The position numbers and the translations under genes were made by a program. Positions 27,465 to 36,226 of a DNA stretch of 47,078 bases are shown one piece after another (position 1 is the first letter of the stretch; the number at the start of each line of letters is the position of its first letter). This stretch comes from Parcubacteria group bacterium GW2011_GWD2_43_10 (GTDB taxonomy: Bacteria > Patescibacteriota > Patescibacteriia > Veblenbacterales > UBA10138), in assembly GCA_000995845.1 (NCBI GenBank), contig LCEZ01000003.1, positions 1 to 47,078 on the forward strand, in the 5' to 3' direction. The notes beneath the pieces were generated by a model. It searched no databases and was not told where the DNA came from. It worked only from the letters and a program-made list of their open reading frames with translations.

Positions 27465-27502
27465 GGTTTGTCATTAATTATTACTGCAGGTAGAATAGGG
27501 TC

Positions 27503-29224
27503 GTGAAAGATAAACTTTGGCAACTAGCCGAACCAATTAGTGCAGATATTTTAGGTCAGTTTCCGGAACTGGACCCAGTTTTGTTGCAGTTACTATGGAA
27601 CCGCGGTTTAAAAGATCAGGCCGCGATTGATGAGTTTTTAAATCCTGATTGGCTTGCCGATGTTCACGATCCTTTTCTTTTTAAAGATATGAAGCGGGCA
27701 GTCGAGCGCATTTATGAAGCAATCGGCGGTAATCAAACCATTGGTGTATTTGGCGATTATGATGCTGATGGCGTGACCGCAGCGGTTATTATCACCTCTA
27801 CGCTTAAAAAATTAGGCGCTAAGGTGGAAGTTTATTTACCGCACCGCGAGCGTGAAGGCTATGGCTTAAATGAGGAGGCTATTCGTTATCTAAAAGAAAG
27901 GAGCGTAAGTTTACTGATTACTTGCGATTGCGGTGTAGCCAATCCTAGCCAGGTTTCTTTAGCTAATAGTTTAGGTTTAACAGTGATTGTGACTGATCAT
28001 CACCAAGCGCAGGCAGAATTACCCGCAGCTTTCGCTATACTTCATCCAGGCTTAGCTGGGGAGTCCTATCCTTTTAAATTTCTTTCCGGCGGGGGTGTGG
28101 CATTTAAATTAGTTCAAGGGTTATTGCGCTATGAAGGTTGTCATTTATCTCAAACTGAACGCGAAATCCAGGAAAAATGGCTACTGGATTTAGTAGCCAT
28201 TTCAACCGTGGCAGATATGGTTAAACTTACGGGCGAAAACAGAACACTAGTCAAGTATGGCCTGACTGTTTTGCGCAAAACAAGGCGGCTGGGTTTAAAA
28301 AAATTAATTGAAGTTGCGGGATTAAATTTTGATGATTTAGACACTTATGCTATTGGTTTTCAGATTGCGCCGCGCATCAATGCGGCTGGACGAATGGATC
28401 ACGCTAATGCGGCTTACGCTTTATTAATGTCAGAAAATAGCACAGAGGCTGAGGAGTTGGCGCGGTCTATTAATTTAACTAATAGCCAGCGCCAGGCCAT
28501 AACTGATGTCATGTTCAAAGAAGCTTGTGAGCAAATTGGTAAAATTAATATCAAAACCTTTTTTATCCAAGCTTATAAACCGGAATGGTCACTCGGGTTA
28601 GTTGGTTTGGTCGCGGGTAAATTAGTTCAGCAATATAACCGGCCGGCTTTAGTTATGTGTCAAGTGGGTGATAAAATCGCTGGTTCTGGTCGGGCTGGGG
28701 TAGGGGGTTTTGATTTAGCTAACGCCTTAACTGCCTGCAGTGAATACCTCGTAAGCTTTGGCGGGCATAAAGAAGCCGCTGGTTTTTCCCTAAGTATCAA
28801 TCAGTTAGAAAATTTTTTATCTAAATTTGCTAAATTAGCTAAAGCTCACTTAAGCGGGCAGGATTTAACAGCCAAATTAGCAGTAGATGCTGTGTTTACT
28901 CTGGATAAGATTGATTGGCATATAGCAGAACAAGTTGAACTATTAGAACCTTTTGGGCAGGGTAATCCTGGAGCTCGTTTTGCCTCCTACGGAGTATTAA
29001 TAGCTAATACACAACCAGTTGGCAGTGCTGGCCAGCATTTACGGTTAGAATTATCTTTTGAATCTAGCCACCAGCGCTTTATTTGGTTTAATTCAGCTGA
29101 AAGCTCTAAACAATTTTCCATTGGCGATAAAGTGGATGTGGTTTATGAGGTTGGGGTTAATGAATGGAATAATACTAGGCAGCTTGAGCTTAAGGTGGTT
29201 GATATTAAAAAAAGTGACAGCTAA
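27503..29224 (+). CDS. recJ: Single-stranded-DNA-specific exonuclease RecJ (GTG start)
   Basis: DHH motifs GDYDADGVTA, ITCDCG, VTDHH. DHHA1 motif GGHKEAAGF. Confidence 0.9.
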   Translation: MKDKLWQLAEPISADILGQFPELDPVLLQLLWNRGLKDQAAIDEFLNPDWLADVHDPFLFKDMKRAVERIYEAIGGNQTIGVFGDYDADGVTAAVIITSTLKKLGAKVEVYLPHREREGYGLNEEAIRYLKERSVSLLITCDCGVANPSQVSLANSLGLTVIVTDHHQAQAELPAAFAILHPGLAGESYPFKFLSGGGVAFKLVQGLLRYEGCHLSQTEREIQEKWLLDLVAISTVADMVKLTGENRTLVKYGLTVLRKTRRLGLKKLIEVAGLNFDDLDTYAIGFQIAPRINAAGRMDHANAAYALLMSENSTEAEELARSINLTNSQRQAITDVMFKEACEQIGKINIKTFFIQAYKPEWSLGLVGLVAGKLVQQYNRPALVMCQVGDKIAGSGRAGVGGFDLANALTACSEYLVSFGGHKEAAGFSLSINQLENFLSKFAKLAKAHLSGQDLTAKLAVDAVFTLDKIDWHIAEQVELLEPFGQGNPGARFASYGVLIANTQPVGSAGQHLRLELSFESSHQRFIWFNSAESSKQFSIGDKVDVVYEVGVNEWNNTRQLELKVVDIKKSDS

Positions 29225-29235
29225 GCTTATAAGGT

Positions 29236-29646
29236 ATGGTAAAGACATTAATCTTAAGAACAGATGGCGGCGCTAGGGGTAATCCTGGGTCAGCGGCCAT
29301 TGGCGTGGTTATTGAGGATAAGACCGGCCAGGAAATAAAAACTATTAGCCACTATATTGGTGAGGCTACTAATAATCAGGCAGAATATAAGGCGATTTAT
29401 GCCGGACTGAAAGCGGCTAAGGAAATTGGCGTCCAGGAGATTATTTGCTATTTAGACAGTGAGCTGGTAGTGAAGCAGCTTAAACTTGAATATAAAGTTA
29501 AAGATAAGGAGCTGGCACCACTTTTTATAAAAACATGGAATCTGGCCCAGGAGTTTAAAGAAATCAAATTCATTCATGTACCGCGGGAGCGGAATAAACG
29601 AGCGGACTGGCTGGTAAATCAGGCATTAGATAAATATGAAAAATAG
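29236..29646 (+). CDS. rnhA: Ribonuclease HI
   Basis: TDGGARGNPG, NNQAEYKA, YLDSELVVKQ, NKRADWL supply the DEDD catalytic residues. Confidence 0.85.
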   Translation: MVKTLILRTDGGARGNPGSAAIGVVIEDKTGQEIKTISHYIGEATNNQAEYKAIYAGLKAAKEIGVQEIICYLDSELVVKQLKLEYKVKDKELAPLFIKTWNLAQEFKEIKFIHVPRERNKRADWLVNQALDKYEK

Positions 29647-29672
29647 CCCTGCGATTCGCAAGGCTATTTTTA
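29641..29672. terminator. Bidirectional hairpin terminator between convergent genes
   Basis: ATAGCC-cTGCG-att-CGCAa-GGCTAT with T runs on both strands. Confidence 0.6.
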
Positions 29673-29674
29673 AG

Positions 29675-30862
29675 TTATTTAAGAAGCGACATTTTTTTGG
29701 TTTCTAGATAATCGCCAGCTTGCAGCTGGTAAAAATAAGTTCCGCCAGTTAAATTACTAGCATCAAAAGTGATGGTGTGATTACCGGCTGATATTTCTTG
29801 GTCTAACAATATTTTTACTGTCTGACCAAGCAGATCATAAACTGTTAATTTAACAATTGTCCGTTCTGGCAAGTAATACCCGATGGTTGTAGCCGGGTTG
29901 AATGGATTGGGGTAATTTTGCAGTAAGACCAGCTCACTAGGTATTAAACTAACCTCTACAGTAATCGGCTCCAAATAATTACTTGAGCCATTTAGATCAA
30001 GTTGATTCAGCCTATATTCATATAGACCAGCAGGGACATTATTGTCAGTGTAACTATAGTAATGAAGTATAGTGGTGGTACCTTGACCAGGAATTAAACC
30101 AGAAATCACTTTATAATTGCCGTGTTGGGCACGTCTTTCCAGATAAAATCCGGCATTATTAAGTTCAGACACAGTAGTCCAACTGAGTCGGACATCATTT
30201 TGCTGAACTTGAGCAGTAAAACTAACTGATTCTACCGGAACTGGATTATCTACACTGAAATTAAGAGTTACGGTATGACCGGTAAATTGATTAGCCATAA
30301 TGATTGATTTGACTGTGTATAGACCAGGCACTGGATTGGTTATCAGTATATTTTCTTGTGTATAGACATAGACAAGAAAGCCAATATTAAATTCCCAATT
30401 TTCACCAATAAGTTGATAGTGAAGCATACGATTATAGACAGTGTCCCCATTTATATTTGTTATGATTAAATTGAAAACCAATTCTTCTGGTGGCGGCACT
30501 ACGAATTTTAATGTACCAGTTAGATTCAAGGGGAAGGCATTCCAATTCTGCAAGAGTGACCGGAAATCTATTATCAGTGAATCTTGCCAAGCATAAACCT
30601 CATACTCGGAACATAACTCATGTCGGCGCCAGACATCTGGCCAATCTTCTGCGCAGTTGTTATAACTTAACTCAGAATTCATTTGCCTGTATAGCGTTAG
30701 AATCTCTTTTACCTCAGTACCGGATTTCGCTTGTTTGAGCTGATTTATTATCTCAGTTGGCAAGGCGACCATGATTATATCTTGCCCGATATTGGTTGAT
30801 TGGGCTTTGGCTGGAAGTAACCAAACCAAGAAAATGGCTAAGCAAATTGTTAAAGTACGCAT
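29675..30862 (-). CDS. Secreted protein with T9SS-type (Por/FlgD-Ig-like) C-terminal sorting domain
   Basis: Start moved to Met40 of the track ORF (MRTLTICLAIFLVWLLPAKAQS signal peptide) with AAGGAG 8 nt upstream. C-terminus: LLQNYPNPFNPATTIGYYLPERTIVKLTVYDLLGQTVKILLDQEISAGNHTITFDASNLTGGTYFYQLQAGDYLETKKMSLLK. Confidence 0.75.
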   Translation of the reverse strand: MRTLTICLAIFLVWLLPAKAQSTNIGQDIIMVALPTEIINQLKQAKSGTEVKEILTLYRQMNSELSYNNCAEDWPDVWRRHELCSEYEVYAWQDSLIIDFRSLLQNWNAFPLNLTGTLKFVVPPPEELVFNLIITNINGDTVYNRMLHYQLIGENWEFNIGFLVYVYTQENILITNPVPGLYTVKSIIMANQFTGHTVTLNFSVDNPVPVESVSFTAQVQQNDVRLSWTTVSELNNAGFYLERRAQHGNYKVISGLIPGQGTTTILHYYSYTDNNVPAGLYEYRLNQLDLNGSSNYLEPITVEVSLIPSELVLLQNYPNPFNPATTIGYYLPERTIVKLTVYDLLGQTVKILLDQEISAGNHTITFDASNLTGGTYFYQLQAGDYLETKKMSLLK

Positions 30863-30967
30863 TTTAGTACTCCTTATTTTATTGATTGATTGTTTTTGTT
30901 TTCTTGCCCTTGTCTTAACGCTAAAAAAGCTAATTGTCAAATTATTAGACCACATTTGCCTAAGGTT

Positions 30968-31006
30968 AAACAAAAACAAAACTTCTGGTTTTAGACCAGA
31001 AGTTTT
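30968..31006 (-). terminator. Rho-independent terminator of rnpB
   Basis: 12-bp perfect stem AAAACTTCTGGT/ACCAGAAGTTTT (30978-31006), followed on the minus strand by GTTTTTGTTT. Confidence 0.8.
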
Positions 31007-31014
31007 GATAGTTA

Positions 31015-31405
31015 TTTGCTCACCTCAACCTTATAAGCCGAATTCTGTACCCTGCGCGAGGCAGGGCGGTGATTATCTATCTAGATCCTGATTCGCACCA
31101 GGATTCAAGCTACCAACCCGTCCGCCAAGATGCGGACCTACTTGGTATTGCACCGGGTAGAGTTTACCTAGCCATCAATGTTGCCATAGATACTGGTGAG
31201 CTCTTACCTCACCGTTTCACCCCTATCTTCAATGATTTTATTAAAGTGGGTTTGTTTTCTGTTGTACTTGTCCTGCGATCCGATTACTCGGATCAACGGC
31301 TCCAATTAGGAGTTACCCTTCCCTTAAATTAGCGGGAACACTGTGGTGTTCGGACTTTCCTCTCCGTAAAATACGGAGCAATCACCTGGGTTGACGTAAG
31401 CGGCT
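31015..31405 (-). ncRNA. rnpB: RNase P RNA, bacterial type A
   Basis: The minus strand carries GAGAGGAAAGUCCG (plus 31351-31364) and ACAGAAUUCGGCUUAU (plus 31033-31048), the two P4 strands. Also GGUGAGGUAAGAGCUCACC. P1 GCUUAC/GUGAGC and P2 UCAACC/GGUUGA close the molecule. Confidence 0.85.
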
Positions 31406-31467
31406 AAAAATGTACCATAGTATTCGCCCCATGTCAATACTAGCGCTATAATAATAAGGCTTAAATT

Positions 31468-32841
31468 ATGAAAAGAAGCCAACTGATTTTTTCCACTATT
31501 GCCCTGCCAATTGACTATTTAATGTTGCTGCTAGCAGGCTGGCTGGCTTATCAACTCAGATTTGAATCATTCATTAGATCAACTTTGCCGGTTCGGTTTG
31601 ATTTGGCCTTGGCTGATTTTTTTTCAACTCTACTAGTGGTGGCTTTGGGGTGGCTCGTGCTTTTTTCTTTATCGGGCTTATATAATCTTAATAATAAACT
31701 TAAGTTTTCCCAGGAATTAGGCAGAATTTTTTTGGGCTGTACAGCTGGCTTATCGCTGATTATCTTATTATTTTTCTTTAATCCCAATCTGTTCAATTCG
31801 CGTTTTATTGTTTTAGTTGGCTGGGCTCTGGCCTTATTTTTAGTGAGCGCAGGACGTTTGGGCTTACGATTTATCCGAACAGCTTTATATCGGAAGAGTA
31901 TTGGCGTAACCAGGTTACTTTTAATTGGGGCGGATGATGCGACCCTGGCTTTAGAGCAATTATTTGCTAAGCAGCCTAAATTAGGCTTTATGGTGACAAA
32001 AAGAATTAAACCCACTGAGTTTGATTCATTGCCAAGCATTAACGGCTTTGATGAGGTATTGATCGGCGATACAACACTATCACGCGACTTTAATTTAAAC
32101 ATTTTAGAATATTGCTTAGCTAATCATCTTGGTTTTAAATATGTCGCTGATATGTTTGAGGCCCAAAGTCATAACGTTATCAGCCACACCTTGGCAGGTT
32201 TGCCAATAATAGAAATAAAACGGACTGCCCTGGATGGTTGGGGCAGGGTCTTAAAAAGAATTTTTGATTTAGTAGTAGCTACTACCCTGATTATCATACT
32301 GTCGCTTTTTTTATTATTGTTAGCTGTACTGGTTTTTATAGAGTCAGGCTGGCCGGTTATAATTGCTTTGAAACGGGTGGGGGAGAATGGAAGGATTTTT
32401 AATATTTATAAATTCCGTTCCATGGTAAAAGATGCCGCTATTTTAAAAGACAAGTTATTGGCTTATAATGAACGCTCTGATGGCCCGCTTTTTAAAATGA
32501 CTAATGATCCTAGGGTGACAAAGTTTGGTCAATTTTTACGTCGGACATCATTTGATGAGTTGCCCCAACTATGGAATGTTTTACAAGGCCGGATGTCATT
32601 GGTTGGCCCTAGACCACACGAACCTGAAGAAGTAGCTAAATACCAACTACACCAGAGAAAGCTATTAAATATAAAACCAGGTATTACCGGGCTAGCTCAA
32701 GTTTCAGGTCGCTCTAGTTTAAGTTTTGAAGATGAAGCTAAATTGGACACTTTTTATGTGGAAAATTGGTCATTGGGGCAAGATTTTATAATTCTTATAA
32801 AAACACTGGTAGTGGTTTGGCAACGACAAGCTGCCGTTTAG
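31468..32841 (+). CDS. Polyprenyl-phosphate glycosyl-1-phosphate transferase (WbaP/exopolysaccharide priming sugar transferase)
   Basis: N-terminal TM domain plus C-terminal KRIFDLVVA..., FKFRSM, DELPQLWNVLQG.MSLVGPRP, PGITGLAQV. Confidence 0.9.
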   Translation: MKRSQLIFSTIALPIDYLMLLLAGWLAYQLRFESFIRSTLPVRFDLALADFFSTLLVVALGWLVLFSLSGLYNLNNKLKFSQELGRIFLGCTAGLSLIILLFFFNPNLFNSRFIVLVGWALALFLVSAGRLGLRFIRTALYRKSIGVTRLLLIGADDATLALEQLFAKQPKLGFMVTKRIKPTEFDSLPSINGFDEVLIGDTTLSRDFNLNILEYCLANHLGFKYVADMFEAQSHNVISHTLAGLPIIEIKRTALDGWGRVLKRIFDLVVATTLIIILSLFLLLLAVLVFIESGWPVIIALKRVGENGRIFNIYKFRSMVKDAAILKDKLLAYNERSDGPLFKMTNDPRVTKFGQFLRRTSFDELPQLWNVLQGRMSLVGPRPHEPEEVAKYQLHQRKLLNIKPGITGLAQVSGRSSLSFEDEAKLDTFYVENWSLGQDFIILIKTLVVVWQRQAAV

Positions 32842-32844
32842 TAT

Positions 32845-33930
32845 ATGAAAGTCGCATTAGCACATGATCATTTAAATCAAATTGGCGGCGCCGAAAGGGT
32901 ATTGCGCCAATTTCACCAGCTTTACCCAGACGCCCCGGTTTTTACTTTGCTATATGACGAGGCGACAGTAGGGGATTATTTTAAAAATTGGGATATTCGG
33001 ACATCTTTTCTAGAACGCCTGCCCGGGGGTGCCCGGTGGTTTAAATGGTATGTTTGGTTAATGCCGACGGCCGTTGAGCAAATTGACTTAAGTGGTTTTG
33101 ATTTAGTCATAAGTTCGGCTTCTGCTTTGATCAAAGGATTATTAGTTAAACCGGAAACCATAAATATTTGTTACTGCCATACTCCAACGCGGTATCTATG
33201 GAGCGACACCCATCAATATACTTCTGATTTGCCCCAACCAAAATTAGTTAAAAAAATATTGCCTTTAGTGCTGAACTATTTACGGCAATGGGATTATATA
33301 GCCTCACAACGAGTAGATTATTTTGTGGCCAATTCGCAATTCGTGGCTAAAAGGATCAAAAAGTATTATGGCCGTGATTCGGTGGTAATTTATCCGCCAG
33401 TGGATACGGCGGCAACTGACTTAGTTGAACCGCAAGATTATTTCTTGTTGATTTCACGACTCCGGCCGTATAAACGTGTTGATTTGGCCATTAAAGCTTT
33501 TAATAAGCTCGGCATACCTTTAAAAATAATTGGTGCCGGTGAACAAGAAGTTGAGTTGCGTAACTTAGCCAAGTCAAATATTGAATTCTTAGGCCAGGTA
33601 ACTGACCAGGAAAAACGTTATTATTTAGGCCATTGCCGTGCTTTAATTCATCCCCAAGAAGAGGATTTTGGCATTACGGCAGTAGAAGCTATGGCTGCCG
33701 GACGGCCAGTGATTGCTTATGGCGCCGGTGGAGCTTTAGAAACAATTGAACCAGGGGTAAGTGGTGTATTTTTCCAAGAACAAAGCTGGGAAGAATTAGC
33801 TGATGCTGTTATTCGTTTTCGTTATGAGAGTTTTGAGCCTGAGGTTATTCGCCAGCGCGCGCAAAAATTTTCCCGCGCCAACTTCATAGATAATTGGCAA
33901 AAATACGTTAGTAAAGTAATTACTAAATAA
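32845..33930 (+). CDS. Glycosyltransferase family 4 (GT-B)
   Basis: EEDFGITAVEAMAAGRPVIAYGAGGALE (EX7E region). Confidence 0.85.
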   Translation: MKVALAHDHLNQIGGAERVLRQFHQLYPDAPVFTLLYDEATVGDYFKNWDIRTSFLERLPGGARWFKWYVWLMPTAVEQIDLSGFDLVISSASALIKGLLVKPETINICYCHTPTRYLWSDTHQYTSDLPQPKLVKKILPLVLNYLRQWDYIASQRVDYFVANSQFVAKRIKKYYGRDSVVIYPPVDTAATDLVEPQDYFLLISRLRPYKRVDLAIKAFNKLGIPLKIIGAGEQEVELRNLAKSNIEFLGQVTDQEKRYYLGHCRALIHPQEEDFGITAVEAMAAGRPVIAYGAGGALETIEPGVSGVFFQEQSWEELADAVIRFRYESFEPEVIRQRAQKFSRANFIDNWQKYVSKVITK

Positions 33931-33938
33931 TTGCCAAT

Positions 33939-35102
33939 ATGCGACTGGCAGTTGATCTTCGTTGTTTACAAGACAAAACACGCACCGGCGTGGGTGAGTA
34001 CGCTTGGCAAGTTCTTAAATATTTATCATTAGATCCAAGCATTTCTCTGAGCGGCTTTGCTAACGCTACTGGGCGGATAGATTGGCCTCCTGAACTTGCA
34101 CGAATAGCTGCCATTAAAAGAGGCCGGATACCCAATAAACTGATGAATCTTTTGTTTTGGCTTAAACTAGGCTCGAGCATTGATAAAATTTTAAAATCAG
34201 ATACTTCTAAGATTGATGCATTGTGGTTGCCTAATCCCAGTTTTATTAATGTCAGCGAAAATGTGCCTGTGCTATTAACTGTTCATGATCTATCATTTAT
34301 TCATTATCCTGGTTTTTTTCCTGGAAAGGGGAAATTATGGTATTTTCCAGCTGTTCACCATTTACTAAATAAAGGTTTGCCAGCCAGGTCGTTGGTGGCA
34401 GCGGTTTCACAACACACCGCTGACGATTTAATTCAAGAGTTTCCTCATCTTAAAAATAAAGTTCGAGTTGTACCACCAGGGCTAGATGATAAATATTTTC
34501 ATGAGCCAACCGCTAACAACCTAGAGGATGCGAAGCAGAAATATGGCTTGCCAGAGAATTTTCTACTATCCTTGGGCACGATTGAACCAAGAAAAAATTA
34601 TCATTTGCTTTTGCTGATGTATGAAAAATTACTTGAGCTACACCCTGACTTTCCTTATGATTTAGTGATCGCCGGCGGCTGGGGCTGGCGCTATCAGTCT
34701 ATCAAACGTACTTGGGCCAGACTTAAATCACGTCAACATATAAAATTCATTGGCTATGTGGCTGATGAAGATAAGCCAGCCTTATATCGTTTAGCTGAAA
34801 TTTTCTTGTTCCCATCACTTTACGAAGGCATTGGTTTGCCGCCTTTAGAAGCTATGGCCGCCGGTACGCCGGTGATAGCTAGCCACAGTTCGTCCTTGCC
34901 TGAAGTTATTGGCCAGGCGGGGGTCTTATTGTCGCCTTATTTAGTTGATTCCTGGGTATATACAACTAATTGGCTGGTAAATGATATTAGCGCACGCCAA
35001 GAACTAAAGCAAAAAGGTCTTATTCAGGCTAAACAATTCTCCTGGCAAAAAACTGCGTCGGTTTATAAAGGTTTATTTTCTGAATTAGCGGCTAAATCAT
35101 GA
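33939..35102 (+). CDS. Glycosyltransferase family 4 (GT-B)
   Basis: GTIEPRKN, PSLYEGIGLPPLEAMAAGTPVIASHSSSLPEV. Confidence 0.85.
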   Translation: MRLAVDLRCLQDKTRTGVGEYAWQVLKYLSLDPSISLSGFANATGRIDWPPELARIAAIKRGRIPNKLMNLLFWLKLGSSIDKILKSDTSKIDALWLPNPSFINVSENVPVLLTVHDLSFIHYPGFFPGKGKLWYFPAVHHLLNKGLPARSLVAAVSQHTADDLIQEFPHLKNKVRVVPPGLDDKYFHEPTANNLEDAKQKYGLPENFLLSLGTIEPRKNYHLLLLMYEKLLELHPDFPYDLVIAGGWGWRYQSIKRTWARLKSRQHIKFIGYVADEDKPALYRLAEIFLFPSLYEGIGLPPLEAMAAGTPVIASHSSSLPEVIGQAGVLLSPYLVDSWVYTTNWLVNDISARQELKQKGLIQAKQFSWQKTASVYKGLFSELAAKS

Positions 35103-36199
35103 AAATTCTAATTGATGCCAGATTGTACGGACTTCATCATCGCGGGCTTGGCCGATATTTGGTAGAGTTGATTAAAGGTATAATTTCAGCTGATAAAATA
35201 AACCAATACATTCTTTTGATTGATCCGGCTACCCGCCGGCAATTTCCCGTCTTGCCGCCTAATATTGTCTTACAGGAAGCGCCTTATCGGGTATATGGTC
35301 TATCAGAACAAATATTAATACCTCGGTTAATAAAAAAACTCAAGCCTGATTTGGTTCACTGGCCTCATTTTAATGCGCCTTATTTTTGTCCTTGTCCTTT
35401 TGTAATAACAATTCATGACCTAATATTACACCACGCTCCAACTGAGCGCGCTTCTCGCTTGCCAGGATTATTTTATTGGTTTAAGGTCACGGTTTATCGC
35501 TGTCTGATTAAGCGATTGGTAAAAAAAGCCAATCGTATTATAACTGTCAGCCAAACAGTGGCGGCTGACTTAAAGTATTTTTACCCGTTTGCCAGTAAAA
35601 AAATAGTTACTATATACTTAGCCCCAGCGGAATTGCCCCGAGCTTCAGCAGTTATGCCAAATAATCCATATTTATTGGCAGTAGGTGCAGCTTATCCTCA
35701 TAAAAATCTGGATCGGGTAATTACCGCCGTATCTTTAGTCAGAAAAAAGATCCCTAACCTTGAACTATATTTAGTAGGCCGGATTGATTTTTTTGCCGAT
35801 CGGCTTAAGCAATCTATTAAGTCTCAGGGGTATTCCGATTGGGTAAAATTCTTAGGGCAGGTAAGCGATAAAGATTTATCAAATTTATATCAGGGTTGCC
35901 AAGCTTATTTATTATTATCATTACAAGAGGGTTTTGGTTTAGGACCGCTGGAGGCTATATCACAAGGGGCCTTGGTAATTGCCTCTGATATTCCAGTATT
36001 GCGCGAAGTCTTAAATAACGGTGCTTTATTAGCTGATCCTAGTAGCCTAGCGTCCATGGTTGAAACAATAGTTAACAGTTTTAAACCAGAAGTTAGAGAA
36101 CAAACCCTGACCGCGGCTAAACATATACTTAAAAAGTATTCTTGGTCAGAAACAGTTAATAAAACCCTCAAAATCTATCAGGAAGCAATTGTGAAATAA
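35099..36199 (+). CDS. Glycosyltransferase family 4 (GT-B)
   Basis: YPHKNLDR, LSLQEGFGLGPLEAISQGALVIASDIPVLREV. Confidence 0.85.
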   Translation: MKILIDARLYGLHHRGLGRYLVELIKGIISADKINQYILLIDPATRRQFPVLPPNIVLQEAPYRVYGLSEQILIPRLIKKLKPDLVHWPHFNAPYFCPCPFVITIHDLILHHAPTERASRLPGLFYWFKVTVYRCLIKRLVKKANRIITVSQTVAADLKYFYPFASKKIVTIYLAPAELPRASAVMPNNPYLLAVGAAYPHKNLDRVITAVSLVRKKIPNLELYLVGRIDFFADRLKQSIKSQGYSDWVKFLGQVSDKDLSNLYQGCQAYLLLSLQEGFGLGPLEAISQGALVIASDIPVLREVLNNGALLADPSSLASMVETIVNSFKPEVREQTLTAAKHILKKYSWSETVNKTLKIYQEAIVK

Positions 36200-36226
36200 G
36201 GCTTTATTGCTTATACTAAATAAAGT

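Noticed and set aside
29675-30979. The full-length track ORF for the T9SS-domain protein (start 30979).
   Set aside because: The first 39 codons run into the rnpB terminator hairpin (30978-31006) and precede a strong AAGGAG-ATG plus signal peptide at 30862.
30771-31332. Two plus-strand ORFs (30771-31091 and 31069-31332) in the gap after the T9SS-domain gene.
   Set aside because: The region is occupied on the minus strand by RNase P RNA (both P4 strands and the P1/P2 closure were identified) and its terminator. The ORFs are read-throughs of structured RNA.
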